Shown here in pieces: positions 18,789-28,626 of a stretch of 64,000 nucleotides of DNA. Origin of the DNA: an uncultured Bacilli bacterium (GTDB lineage: Bacteria; Bacillota_I; Bacilli_A; RF39; UBA660); the NCBI GenBank assembly GCA_934153675.1, contig CAKPFG010000001.1:75426-139425 (forward strand), in the 5' to 3' direction. Each line of letters begins with the position of its first letter. Position 1 is the first letter of the stretch. The notes under the pieces are model-generated. The model saw only the letters and a program-made list of their open reading frames with translations, had not been told where the DNA came from and did not search any database. The translations under genes and the position numbers were made by a program.

Positions 18789-19979
18789 ATGAATCGAGAA
18801 GATTTTAGTATTTTGAAAGATGTTGATTATTTAGATAATGGAGCAACTACATTAAAGCCAAAAATCTTATCGTGTACAATTAGCGATTATTATAATAATT
18901 ATAGTGCTAATGCTTCAAGGGGAGATTATAAATTAGCGTATAAAGTTGATCAAAAAATAATGGATACAAGGAAAAAGGTAAAACATTTTATAAATGCTAA
19001 AGACACTAGCGAAATTATTTTTACTAATAATACGACTGATTCTATGAATAAAATTATTTATGGTTATTTTAAATATAATTTAAAAGAAAATGATGAGGTA
19101 TTAATAACAAAATCAGAACATGCAAGTAATGTTTTACCATGGTTTGAACTTGCTGATTTAATAAATATTAAGGTTAATTATATTGAATTAAATTCAAATT
19201 TAACATTTGATTTAGAAGATTTAAAAAGAAAGATTACACAGCATACAAAGGTTATATCTATTGCTTACATTACAAATGTAGTAGGTGATATTAGACCTAT
19301 TGATGATATTATAAAATATGCTCATCAAAAAGGTATATTGGTAGTAATAGATGGTGCTCAGGCTGTGCCTCATATAAAAATGGATGTTCAAAAATCTGAT
19401 ATAGATTTTCTTTCTTTTTCAGCACATAAAATGTGTGGTCCAACTGGCGTTGGAATCATATATGGAAAAAAAGAATTACTTAATAGGATGTATCCTACAG
19501 AATTTGGTGGTGGCATGAATGCTTCTTTTACATTTGATAGAAATAGGAATTATAAAGATATTCCATATAAATTTGAAGCAGGAACTATAAATATAGCTGG
19601 TATAATTGGTTTTGGAGCTGTTATTGATTATATAAATGATATAGGCATGAATAAAATAGAACAATATGAAAAAGACTTGCGTAAGTATGCAATAGATGAA
19701 TTAAAAAAAGTACAAAATATCATAATATATAATGAAAAAAGCGAATCTTCTATTATAACATTCAATATTGATGGAATATTTGCTCAAGATTTGGCAATAT
19801 ATTTAGATAAGTACAATATTTGTATTAGGGCTGGAAATCATTGTGCTAAAATGTTAAAAGATGAACTTGGTGTTAAAAACACTTGTAGAATTAGTTTGTA
19901 TTTTTATAATAATAAAGAAGATATAGATAAATTGGTATTAGCACTTAATAACAAGAATATCAAAAATGAAATAATTTAA
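18789..19979 (+). CDS. sufS: Cysteine desulfurase SufS (class V aminotransferase, group II)
   Basis: PLP-lysine motif SFSAHKMCGPTGVG and C-terminal RAGNHCA catalytic-cysteine loop. Confidence 0.85.
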   Translation: MNREDFSILKDVDYLDNGATTLKPKILSCTISDYYNNYSANASRGDYKLAYKVDQKIMDTRKKVKHFINAKDTSEIIFTNNTTDSMNKIIYGYFKYNLKENDEVLITKSEHASNVLPWFELADLINIKVNYIELNSNLTFDLEDLKRKITQHTKVISIAYITNVVGDIRPIDDIIKYAHQKGILVVIDGAQAVPHIKMDVQKSDIDFLSFSAHKMCGPTGVGIIYGKKELLNRMYPTEFGGGMNASFTFDRNRNYKDIPYKFEAGTINIAGIIGFGAVIDYINDIGMNKIEQYEKDLRKYAIDELKKVQNIIIYNEKSESSIITFNIDGIFAQDLAIYLDKYNICIRAGNHCAKMLKDELGVKNTCRISLYFYNNKEDIDKLVLALNNKNIKNEII

Positions 19980-19982
19980 AGT

Positions 19983-20012
19983 AAAATCCGTTTCTAATTC
20001 GAGACGGATTTT
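19983..20012. terminator. Bidirectional intrinsic terminator between sufS (+) and the small minus-strand gene
   Basis: aatccgtttc-taattc-gagacggatt hairpin flanked by A/T runs on both sides. Confidence 0.6.
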
Positions 20013-20217
20013 ATTTTAATTCACCTTTTATAATGTTAATTATATTATTTTTTTCTTTCGTATCACAATTTTTCCATAAAATTTCAAAAAACACGCCAAG
20101 ACCAGGCAATGTTATTTCATCATTATCTTTAATTGCCTTTTCTATCGAAGAGATAATTTCTTTATCATTACTATTTTTAAAATTATTTTTAATACTTTTT
20201 CTAATATCTATATTCAT
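20011..20217 (-). CDS. Small hypothetical protein (68 aa), possibly sporulation-related
   Basis: MNIDIRKSIKNNFKNSNDKEIISSIEKAIKDNDEITLPGLGVFFEILW...; RBS aggagc. The longer ORF-track ORF (to 20340) starts inside the neighbouring gene. Confidence 0.45.
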   Translation of the reverse strand: MNIDIRKSIKNNFKNSNDKEIISSIEKAIKDNDEITLPGLGVFFEILWKNCDTKEKNNIINIIKGELK

Positions 20218-20275
20218 ATTGCTCCTTTCAATTATATGATGGGTAATTTTAAAAAAAACATACAAAAAACATGGT

Positions 20276-20527
20276 TTAAACCATGTAGTAATTAGAATCA
20301 GTATACTTATTATTATTGATTGGGTTAATGTTATTAGCATTTAAACTATTTACGATTTGTTCTAATTTGTTTACTCTATTTTCTAAATTATTTAGTTGAT
20401 TTTGAATATTTGATATGTCGGTAGTTGTTGATTGAGTATAATTGTAATAAGGCATAGGTTGCATCATTGGCATTTGCATTGTTGGATAAACAGGGTAAAT
20501 TCCCCCACAATTTCTTTTATCTTTCAT
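20276..20527 (-). CDS. Hypothetical P/M/Q/Y/N-rich protein with C-terminal coiled coil (spore-coat-like composition)
   Basis: Start MKDKRNCGG chosen from RBS gaggtgg; ORF open to 20539. Confidence 0.4.
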   Translation of the reverse strand: MKDKRNCGGIYPVYPTMQMPMMQPMPYYNYTQSTTTDISNIQNQLNNLENRVNKLEQIVNSLNANNINPINNNKYTDSNYYMV

Positions 20528-20622
20528 ATTCCACCTCACAATAATATATGTAAAATAATTTAGAATAATACAAAAATCTTGAAAGATAAGATGTAATTTG
20601 TTATAATGTTTTGGGTGATAAA

Positions 20623-21249
20623 GTGAGACTTAGAAATGTTAAAGGTGCTAAAGATAAAATTGATAAATCTTTATATGTTATTACTGATTATAATAAGTAT
20701 AGGGGAAAATTTGCTACTTTATTTAACAATAACAATAGAATTTATATTGAAATAGGTATGGGTAAAGGGAACTTTATTATCAATATGGCGAAATTAAATC
20801 CTGATATTAATTTTATAGGAATTGAAAAATATGATAGTGTTATTATTAGGGCTTGTGAAAAATTAGAATTTGAAAACATTACAAATTTAAAATTAATTAA
20901 AATGGATGCTATAAAAATAGATGAAGTATTTTACAAAGAAATAGATATGATATATTTAAATTTTTCAGATCCTTGGCCTAAGGATAGACATCAAAAAAGG
21001 AGACTTACTGATATTAATTTTTTAAAGAAATATGATATTTTATTTAAGAATAAGAAAAATATAATATTTAAAACGGATAATAGAAAATTATTTGAATTTT
21101 CTATTAAATCTTTTACAGACTATGGTTATAAAATAAATGATTTAAGTTTGGATTTACATAAAGATAATATTTTTAATGTTAAAACAGAATATGAAATCAA
21201 GTTTTCTACTAAAGGTTATCCTATTTATATGATATCAGTTACTAAATAA
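20623..21249 (+). CDS. trmB: tRNA (guanine46-N7)-methyltransferase
   Basis: MRLRNVKGA N-terminus; SAM-binding IEIGMGKGNF; DPWPK and HQKRRL motifs. GTG start at 20623 (ORF-track TTG at 20611 would sit inside a -10-like ttataat). Confidence 0.85.
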   Translation: MRLRNVKGAKDKIDKSLYVITDYNKYRGKFATLFNNNNRIYIEIGMGKGNFIINMAKLNPDINFIGIEKYDSVIIRACEKLEFENITNLKLIKMDAIKIDEVFYKEIDMIYLNFSDPWPKDRHQKRRLTDINFLKKYDILFKNKKNIIFKTDNRKLFEFSIKSFTDYGYKINDLSLDLHKDNIFNVKTEYEIKFSTKGYPIYMISVTK

Positions 21250-21342
21250 ATATACATTATATTTACATATAAAAGGTGTAAATATAATAAAAAATGTTTG
21301 AAGAATCCATTTATTTGTTATAATATTTGTGAGGGAGTATTT

Positions 21343-21945
21343 ATGAAAAAATATATAGTATTGTTTTTTTGTCTTTTACTTACAGGATGTTCTATTGTTA
21401 GAATAGATACTAGCAGTTTAGATAATATTATAGATGTTGTTTTATCAAAAAATAATACTCTTTATAATAAAGATGGTCAAGGGTATAAATATTATATTCC
21501 AAATGGAGTTATACATATAGATACCGATGATTTAATGCAAACATTATATTATAAAGGAGAGTATTATTATCTTTATGTTGATATAGTAAGCTATTATTAT
21601 AAAACTAATATGAAATATAAAATTAGTAAAGACACTTATTTTAAAAAGAAAATAAACAATGGTAATCAAAAAGGATATGTAGAAGTAGTAAAAAAAGGTA
21701 ATTTATATTATGTTAATTTTTATTATAATTATGCTAAAGTAGAAGCTTTAGTACAAAAAGAAAATTTAAGTAACACGATTTTAAATGCTTCTTATATTTT
21801 ATCTACTATTAAATATAACAGAAATTTAATAAAAACTATGCTTGATGATAAATATTTAATTAATAAAGCTGGTAAATATGATATGTTTAAAGCAAGTGAT
21901 AAAACAGAAAAATTTATTTTACAAAAAGATAATGAAGGAGAATGA
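21343..21945 (+). CDS. Lipoprotein, hypothetical
   Basis: MKKYIVLFFCLLLTGC signal peptide with lipobox LTGC; RBS gagggag. The ORF-track start at 21298 lacks an RBS. Confidence 0.55.
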   Translation: MKKYIVLFFCLLLTGCSIVRIDTSSLDNIIDVVLSKNNTLYNKDGQGYKYYIPNGVIHIDTDDLMQTLYYKGEYYYLYVDIVSYYYKTNMKYKISKDTYFKKKINNGNQKGYVEVVKKGNLYYVNFYYNYAKVEALVQKENLSNTILNASYILSTIKYNRNLIKTMLDDKYLINKAGKYDMFKASDKTEKFILQKDNEGE

Positions 21946-22826
21946 TTATGAAGTTTTTAGATAAAGTAAAAAATATGTTTACTGAGGAGGTTGTGGAAGA
22001 GGAAAAAGAAAAAAATGATGTAAAAGTAGAACAAATAATACCACAAAAGAAAAATGAAATTAAGATAGAAGATTTTAGTAAAATTAAACATGAAGAAATA
22101 AAAGAAGAAAAAAAACCAGTGTTTTTTACTGACGATGATTTTTCTGATTTAGATAATTATTTAAAACAAGATATACCTAAAAGAAGTGAAGTGAAAAACA
22201 AAGTAGAGAATAAATTAGAGAACAAAGTAGAAAGTAAGGAAGAGATTAAACTTTATTCTAAGGGGGATAATCCTTTAAAGAGTGCAAATGATTATCTTGA
22301 AAAATATAATGAAGAAAATATCAAGACAAAAGAACCATATCAGGGAAATGCTTCAAGTGAAAAAACGACACCAAAATTTAAACCTACACCTATAATTTCA
22401 CCGGTTTATGGTATTCTAGATAAAAATTATCATAAAGAAGATATTGTTAATAAAAATGATAAAGAATATAAGGCTGTAGATGGTCTTAGTGTTGATTCAA
22501 TAAGAAAAAAAGCCTACGGGACTTTAGAAGATGAACTTGAAAACACATTGTTTGGTAGTAATTCAATTCTTTTTAATGATAAAGAAAAGGATAAAAAAAA
22601 TGAACATGATTTTTTCGATGAAATGGAAGAAGAAACAACGCCTACGGATGATAACCTTAGAGATTTAGAAAATATTACTATGGATATAGGTAAAGAACTT
22701 GATACGTTATTAAATAAGGACAAAGATAATAAACAAAGTTTGGAAGATAATAGTTTTGATGATGAAGATGATCTTTTTAATTTAATAGATACAATGTATG
22801 ATGGAGATGAAAAAAATGACCATTAA
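21942..22826 (+). CDS. Acidic, K/E/D-rich hypothetical protein
   Basis: Low-complexity charged protein; translationally coupled to the upstream gene (ATGA overlap). Confidence 0.45.
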   Translation: MIMKFLDKVKNMFTEEVVEEEKEKNDVKVEQIIPQKKNEIKIEDFSKIKHEEIKEEKKPVFFTDDDFSDLDNYLKQDIPKRSEVKNKVENKLENKVESKEEIKLYSKGDNPLKSANDYLEKYNEENIKTKEPYQGNASSEKTTPKFKPTPIISPVYGILDKNYHKEDIVNKNDKEYKAVDGLSVDSIRKKAYGTLEDELENTLFGSNSILFNDKEKDKKNEHDFFDEMEEETTPTDDNLRDLENITMDIGKELDTLLNKDKDNKQSLEDNSFDDEDDLFNLIDTMYDGDEKNDH

Positions 22827-23112
22827 TATTTTACAGTTACTTGAAATAGAATTATATATAGCACTTATTGTATTAGTATGTGTATTTATAGTGCTTGGTA
22901 TTAAACTTATTAAATCTTTATCTAAAGTTAATAAAACATTAGATGAGGTTAATATAAAAATGAATCAAATGAATGGTGTTTTTAATGTTTTAGATAAAAC
23001 TGGTTCATTTGCAGATGAAGTAAGTAATAAAATAATAATGGCAATCACCAATTTAATTGGTAGATTCATAAATAAAAAGAAAGGAAATGATAATAATGAA
23101 GAAGAGTACTAG
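22816..23112 (+). CDS. DUF948-family small membrane protein (YtxG-like)
   Basis: Single N-terminal TM followed by ...LIKSLSKVNKTLDEVN... typical of DUF948; start chosen from RBS ggaga, ORF open from 22798. Confidence 0.5.
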   Translation: MTINILQLLEIELYIALIVLVCVFIVLGIKLIKSLSKVNKTLDEVNIKMNQMNGVFNVLDKTGSFADEVSNKIIMAITNLIGRFINKKKGNDNNEEEY

Positions 23113-23500
23113 AAATTTTGCCCTTGGGGCTATGTTAGGGGCAGGACTTGGTATATTATTTGCTCCAAAAAGTGGTAAAGATACAAGAAAAGCATTAAAG
23201 GGCAAAATGGATGATTTGATTACAAAAGCTAAAGAGCTTGACAAAGAAGAAGTAAAAGAAACAATTGAAAATAAAATAGCAGAAATTAAAGATGCAATTG
23301 TTTCTTTAGATAAAGAAACAGTTCTAGCAGCAGCTAAAAAGCAAGGAAAAAAAATTCGTGAAATGTCTGAAGAACTTGTTGAGTATGTAGTTGATAAAGG
23401 AACACCTGTTTTGGAAAAAGCTGCTAGTGCAGTTCGTTGTAAAGCGATTGATGTTACTAGAGACATTTTAGAAAAATTAGAAAGTAAAGATTCAAAATAA
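23096..23500 (+). CDS. YtxH-like general stress protein
   Basis: MKKSTRNFALGAMLGAGLGILFAPKSGKDTRK N-terminus characteristic of the YtxH family, which usually follows DUF948. Confidence 0.6.
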   Translation: MKKSTRNFALGAMLGAGLGILFAPKSGKDTRKALKGKMDDLITKAKELDKEEVKETIENKIAEIKDAIVSLDKETVLAAAKKQGKKIREMSEELVEYVVDKGTPVLEKAASAVRCKAIDVTRDILEKLESKDSK

Positions 23501-23514
23501 TTTAGAGGTGAAGT

Positions 23515-23949
23515 ATGAAAAATATAATGAAAAATAAAAAAATATTTATAACGTTTGCAATAATTGTAATAGTAATTTTATTTGTTATTTTGGTGAAATT
23601 AGTGGGGGGATCATCTAGTGTTTATGGTGATCGATGCAGCGATAATAATAATTATAAATTGTCAAATGATACAATAAATAAAGCTAAAGATACAATAAAT
23701 AAACTTGATAATGTTAAAAAGATTGATATTCATACTAAATTATGTACAGTTAAAATTATAATTGAACTTAATGATGATATTGATATAGAAAAAGTAAAAA
23801 GTATGTCAAATGATTTATTAAAAGCATTTAAGGCTAAAGATTTAAAGTATTATGATTTTTCATTATATATTACAAGTGATAATAAAGATAGTAAGATATA
23901 TCCTATAAATGTTACAAAACATAATTCAAGGGATACATTTGCTTGGTAG
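23515..23949 (+). CDS. Membrane-anchored hypothetical protein (144 aa)
   Basis: N-terminal TM; RBS gaggtga; no recognisable domain. Confidence 0.45.
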   Translation: MKNIMKNKKIFITFAIIVIVILFVILVKLVGGSSSVYGDRCSDNNNYKLSNDTINKAKDTINKLDNVKKIDIHTKLCTVKIIIELNDDIDIEKVKSMSNDLLKAFKAKDLKYYDFSLYITSDNKDSKIYPINVTKHNSRDTFAW

Positions 23950-23958
23950 GGTGATTTT

Positions 23959-25965
23959 GTGAAAAGAAAAAATAAAATAATAATATTAATAATAACATTA
24001 TTAGTAATATTATCTTTGTTTTTTTTATACTATACATTTTTTAATCACAAAAATGCACTTAGTATTAATGAAAAACAATGGATTGATAATAATAAAAATA
24101 ATGTGATTGATATATCAGTACTTAATGATATTCCTGCATTTACTTACAATGGTAATGGCGTGTTGTTTGATTTTTTAAATTATGTTTCTAAAGAAATTAA
24201 TTTGAGTTTCAACCCATCAGCGTTTAAATTATCTGATACTAATTTAAATAACTATGCTTTTACAGTTAAAGATAAAAGCGAAAAAAATGATTTGCTTTTT
24301 TATCAAGATAATTATGTTCTTGTGAAAAATGATGGAAGTATAATTAACGATATTACATTAGTTAATAATTTAAAAATAGGATTATTAACTTCTGACATAA
24401 ATAAATTCAATAAATATTTTAATGACAGTAATTCTTTTAAAACGTTTAAAAATGTTATGGATATTTTTAATGATCAAGAAATTAATGCTTTTATAGTTCT
24501 TAAAAGTGATGCTTTAAAGTATATATGTGATAAAAATTTAAATATATCTTACCAATTTTTAAGTGAAACCAAGGATTTTGTTATTACTTTAAATGGTGAT
24601 AGCACTTTAAATAGCATTTTGACTAAATACTATAGTAAATGGTATGATGCTTTTTATAAAAAGTCATATAATGAACATCTTTTAAATGATTATTATTCCT
24701 ATAAGAATATTCCTCCATTGAAACAAACAGATTTAAAATCAAAAACTTATGTTTATGGTTTTGTAGAAGATGGTATTTATGATTATTTAAATACTTCATT
24801 AGTTGGTGTTAATAATTTAATATTAAAAACATTTAGTGAATTTTCAAATGTTGAAATAAAATACAAAAAATATAATAATATATCTGCACTTACTAGAGAT
24901 TATAGGAATGGGAAAATAGATATTATTTTTAATAACAATAATAGTAATTTTAAAAATAGTTATAAAACAACTACAAGTATAAATAGTAAGATAGCTGTTA
25001 TTTCATCATATAATAAAAGTGTTGCAATTGATAATATTTATGACCTTAAAAAGTACAACATTGTAACTATTAAGGATAGTAAAATTTATAAGATATTAAA
25101 AAATCATAATATTAATGTTAAAACATATGACAATTTAGATATTTTATTAAAAAAGATTAATTCTAATGATATTATTATAATAGATTTAGAAAATTATAAT
25201 TTTTACAAAACGCGTAATTTTAAAAATTATAAATTAGATTTAATACTAGATGACATTGGTTATAATTATGTGATTAATAATTCTACAATTAATTCAACTT
25301 TTTCAATGCTATTTAATTTTTATACTAATTATATTGATTTAAATACAATAGTTGAAAAAGGATATAATACAATTTCTTATAAGACTGTAAATTATTTTTA
25401 TGTAACTATTATTACATTAATTGTTGTTGTAGTATTCTTAATTATTACTATTATTAATAAGGTAAGACTATTTATAAAAAAGATGTATAATGAAAAAAAA
25501 TCTACTTTAACAAAAGAGGAAAAATTAAAATATATTGATCAATTAACTTCATTAAAAAATAGAGCATACTTAAATAGTAAAGTAGAAGAATGGGATGATT
25601 CAGAGGTATATCCACAATGTATTTTGGTTGTAGATTTAAATAATATTGCTTATATTAATGATAATTATGGTAGAGAAGAGGGGGACAAAATAATTTTACA
25701 GGCTGCTAATATATTAATCATGTCTCAATTGCCTAATACAGAAATTATTAGAACAGATGGGAACGAGTTTTTAGTATACTTAGTTGGTTATCCTGAGAAA
25801 ACTATTATAGCATATCAAAGAAAGCTGACAAGAGCTTTTAAAAATTTAGATCATGGATTTGGTGCTGCAAGTGGTTATAGTATGATTACTGATGCAATAA
25901 AGACATTTGATGATGCTGTAAATGAAGCAACAATAGATATGCGCAATAATAAGGATGGAAATTAG
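23959..25965 (+). CDS. Membrane sensor protein with large extracytoplasmic domain and C-terminal degenerate GGDEF domain
   Basis: GTG start with RBS agggtga. TM at both ends of a ~440-aa extracellular region. The C-terminus aligns to diguanylate cyclase (LTSLKNRAYL...VDLNNIAYINDNYGREEGD...) but the signature reads RTDGNEF instead of GG(D/E)EF. Confidence 0.65.
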   Translation: MKRKNKIIILIITLLVILSLFFLYYTFFNHKNALSINEKQWIDNNKNNVIDISVLNDIPAFTYNGNGVLFDFLNYVSKEINLSFNPSAFKLSDTNLNNYAFTVKDKSEKNDLLFYQDNYVLVKNDGSIINDITLVNNLKIGLLTSDINKFNKYFNDSNSFKTFKNVMDIFNDQEINAFIVLKSDALKYICDKNLNISYQFLSETKDFVITLNGDSTLNSILTKYYSKWYDAFYKKSYNEHLLNDYYSYKNIPPLKQTDLKSKTYVYGFVEDGIYDYLNTSLVGVNNLILKTFSEFSNVEIKYKKYNNISALTRDYRNGKIDIIFNNNNSNFKNSYKTTTSINSKIAVISSYNKSVAIDNIYDLKKYNIVTIKDSKIYKILKNHNINVKTYDNLDILLKKINSNDIIIIDLENYNFYKTRNFKNYKLDLILDDIGYNYVINNSTINSTFSMLFNFYTNYIDLNTIVEKGYNTISYKTVNYFYVTIITLIVVVVFLIITIINKVRLFIKKMYNEKKSTLTKEEKLKYIDQLTSLKNRAYLNSKVEEWDDSEVYPQCILVVDLNNIAYINDNYGREEGDKIILQAANILIMSQLPNTEIIRTDGNEFLVYLVGYPEKTIIAYQRKLTRAFKNLDHGFGAASGYSMITDAIKTFDDAVNEATIDMRNNKDGN

Positions 25966-26042
25966 TTCCTCCTTTTTTTTGCGAACAAATGTATTGACAA
26001 ATAAAATTATAGTTTATATAATGTTTCTGGATAGGAGGATAT

Positions 26043-26798
26043 ATGAAAATAATTAAAATAGTCAAATTGAAAAATGGCTTATACAATTTAGAGTTAAATA
26101 AATTGACAATAAAAACTTTTGATGAAATAATTATAAAATATAATCTATTATATAAAAAAGAAATTGATGATGATTTATTATTGAAAATAATGAATGATTC
26201 AAAGTATTATGATATATATAATAAAGCATTAAATTATGCTGTAAAAAGGGTTAGATGTGAAAATGATATATATTATTATTTATCTAATTTAGAGGTTAAA
26301 AATAGCGATATTAAAAGTATAATAGATAAACTTAAAAAAATTAATATAATAAATGATAAATTATATGTAAGATGTTATATTAATGATAAATTAAAGTTAA
26401 GCAAGGACGGAATTAATAAAATAAAAATAGATTTATTAAATAAAAATATCAATATTGATATTATTAATGAAGAAATTAAAAATATTGATATTGATATTAA
26501 TGAAAAATTAAAAAAGTTGATTATAAAAAAAATTAATTCAAATCATAAATATTCTAATTATTTTTTAAAAAATAAAATAATTAGGGACATGATAAATTTA
26601 GGATATGAACAAAGTGTGATAGATGAAATATTTGAACAAAATAAAAAAGATGATTATAATATTCTTATTTATAATTATAGAATTTTATTAAAAAAATATA
26701 AAAATAAATACAAAGATAAAATATTAGAAAGTAAAATTAAAAGTAAATTATATATGTATGGATTTTTATATGAAAATATAAAAAAAGAAGATTTATAA
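26043..26798 (+). CDS. recX: RecX-family regulatory protein
   Basis: N-terminal pattern ...GLYNLELNK.. and YNKALNYAVKRVRCENDIYYYL match the RecX three-helix repeats; RBS aggagga. Confidence 0.55.
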   Translation: MKIIKIVKLKNGLYNLELNKLTIKTFDEIIIKYNLLYKKEIDDDLLLKIMNDSKYYDIYNKALNYAVKRVRCENDIYYYLSNLEVKNSDIKSIIDKLKKINIINDKLYVRCYINDKLKLSKDGINKIKIDLLNKNINIDIINEEIKNIDIDINEKLKKLIIKKINSNHKYSNYFLKNKIIRDMINLGYEQSVIDEIFEQNKKDDYNILIYNYRILLKKYKNKYKDKILESKIKSKLYMYGFLYENIKKEDL

Positions 26799-26803
26799 AT
26801 CTT

Positions 26804-28159
26804 CTATTCTTTAGAACTGTTATTTTCGGTATTGCTATTTGTCTTATTATTTTCCGTATCACTAGTTTTCTTACTATTATCTTTAGAAGTATTGCTAGCA
26901 TCTTTAATTGTTTCTTGATAAGCTTTTTTTACGTCAGTATCATTTATCTTTAAATTGTATTTTTTTCTTAGCTTATCCCAAGCTTTAACTTGTAATGTTG
27001 AATCTTCATTCAATTTTTTTTCTGCTAAAGACGTTCTAATTTTTTCTTTAACATCTTTATATTTATTAGTTTTGCTAGATACTTTTAAAATTACGTGATA
27101 TCCATATTGACTTTTTACAGGTTCACTAGTATATTCGCCATTTTTAAGTTTTTTTGCAGCGTTATAAAATGATTCATCAACTTCACTTTTAGAAAAATCT
27201 TTATATAACCCACCATTTTCATATGTTGCTTTATCAGCTGAATTATCATAAGCTAAGCTTTTGAACTTTTCTTCTAATTTTTTAGAATCACTTTTAACAC
27301 TGTTTAATTCATCAATTAACTTTTGAGCTTGTTTTTTAGCTTCTTCTTCAGTTGTATCATCATTTACTTCGATTAGTATATGTCTTACTGTTAATTTTTC
27401 TTTATAATTTTCATTAAATTCTTTTTGTAATTCTTCTTCACTGATAGTGCTACCAATATATTTTTTAGCTGCTAATGTTTTTTTGTAATCTTTAGTTACA
27501 TAATCACGAAACTCATCTTCAGTAGTTACTCCAGAAATTCCAACATATTGACTTAAAAAGTTTTCAAAACTTACACCATAATAATCTGCGTATTGTTTAT
27601 AATAATCAACAACTTGATCAATATATTTGTTATTTTCATCAGTAAATTTTTTAACATAATCATCAGCAATTTTTTCATCTATTAAATTAATGACTTGATT
27701 TGTTCCATAACTATCTTTAAGATTAGTATATAATTTATCACTAGTTACTTTCAATCCATCGATACTAGCTAGAACTTCTTCACCATTTTTAAGTTTAGGA
27801 ACTCTTTTAGAAAATGCTAATACAATAATAATAATTGTAAGAACTACAATAACAATACAAGCAACCATAAATTCTCTTTTTTCTTCCCAGTTCTTTAGAA
27901 TTGTATTTTTAGCTTTTAAAAAGATATTTTCTTTTTTTGCCTTTTTAGTACTTTTAGCTTCTTCTATTTTTACTACTGGTTTAACATCAACTTTTTTATT
28001 ATCAATTTTTTCATTATCAATTTTTTTAGTTGAAGCATTATTTTTCACTACTTTTTTAGTAGTATTTTTTGTTTTTCCAGCATTAGTTTTAGTACTTTTA
28101 GCTTTAGCGTTAGTACTTTTTACAGTCTTCTTTTTTTTCGCTTCATCAGCTTTTGACAT
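26804..28159 (-). CDS. prsA: PrsA-like parvulin-type peptidyl-prolyl isomerase/foldase with K-rich N-terminal tail and TM anchor
   Basis: Parvulin motifs HILIEV...SQYGYHVILK. The N-terminal 110 aa are lysine-rich, followed by a TM helix (MVACIVIVVLTIIIIVLAF). Confidence 0.7.
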   Translation of the reverse strand: MSKADEAKKKKTVKSTNAKAKSTKTNAGKTKNTTKKVVKNNASTKKIDNEKIDNKKVDVKPVVKIEEAKSTKKAKKENIFLKAKNTILKNWEEKREFMVACIVIVVLTIIIIVLAFSKRVPKLKNGEEVLASIDGLKVTSDKLYTNLKDSYGTNQVINLIDEKIADDYVKKFTDENNKYIDQVVDYYKQYADYYGVSFENFLSQYVGISGVTTEDEFRDYVTKDYKKTLAAKKYIGSTISEEELQKEFNENYKEKLTVRHILIEVNDDTTEEEAKKQAQKLIDELNSVKSDSKKLEEKFKSLAYDNSADKATYENGGLYKDFSKSEVDESFYNAAKKLKNGEYTSEPVKSQYGYHVILKVSSKTNKYKDVKEKIRTSLAEKKLNEDSTLQVKAWDKLRKKYNLKINDTDVKKAYQETIKDASNTSKDNSKKTSDTENNKTNSNTENNSSKE

Positions 28160-28302
28160 AAATAATCTCCTCTCCTAATACGATGTGAATGCATCATACA
28201 GATTAATGATAACAAAAAATAAAAGAAAAAACAATATTTGACGCACAAATTTAGAAAAATTTCATAAAATACAATGAAAATAGTAAAAGGAGGAATGATT
28301 TT

Positions 28303-28389
28303 ATGTGTTGTAATAACGGCGTATCTGGCGCAGCTATCGTTTTGGTATTATTTATTCTTTTAATAATTATACTTGGAGCATATATTTAA
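28303..28389 (+). CDS. Tiny YjcZ-family membrane protein (28 aa), not in ORF track
   Basis: MCCNNGVSGAAIVLVLFILLIIILGAYI; RBS aaaggagg 7 nt upstream. Confidence 0.5.
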   Translation: MCCNNGVSGAAIVLVLFILLIIILGAYI

Positions 28390-28401
28390 GGAGGTGTAGT
28401 T

Positions 28402-28530
28402 ATGTGTTGTAATAATCAAAACACAAACAATTGTGAAAGTCCAAAAAAATGTGGCAACAATAATTACTATGTTATAATTATAGTGTTGTATATACTACTT
28501 GCCATAATACTTGGATCATGTTTATTTTAA
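28402..28530 (+). CDS. Tiny YjcZ-family membrane protein (42 aa), not in ORF track
   Basis: MCCNNQNTNNCESPKKCGNNNYYVIIIVLYILLAIILGSCLF; RBS aaggagg; tandem to the previous gene. Confidence 0.5.
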   Translation: MCCNNQNTNNCESPKKCGNNNYYVIIIVLYILLAIILGSCLF

Positions 28531-28560
28531 AAGTTTACGTTTTATTTAAAAAAAGAGTAA

Positions 28561-28587
28561 AAAAACTCTTTTTTTCTTGTTTTTACA
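28561..28587 (+). terminator. Intrinsic terminator after the YjcZ pair
   Basis: aaaaagagt-aaaaaa-actcttttt hairpin followed by a T-run. Confidence 0.55.
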
Positions 28588-28626
28588 TATAATTTGCTAT
28601 ATAATAATGGTGTCTTGGAGGATTTT

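Noticed and set aside
20033-20239. 68-aa plus-strand ORF
   Set aside because: Fully overlaps the better-supported minus-strand small gene (20011..20217), has no RBS and translates to a low-complexity I/L/F string.
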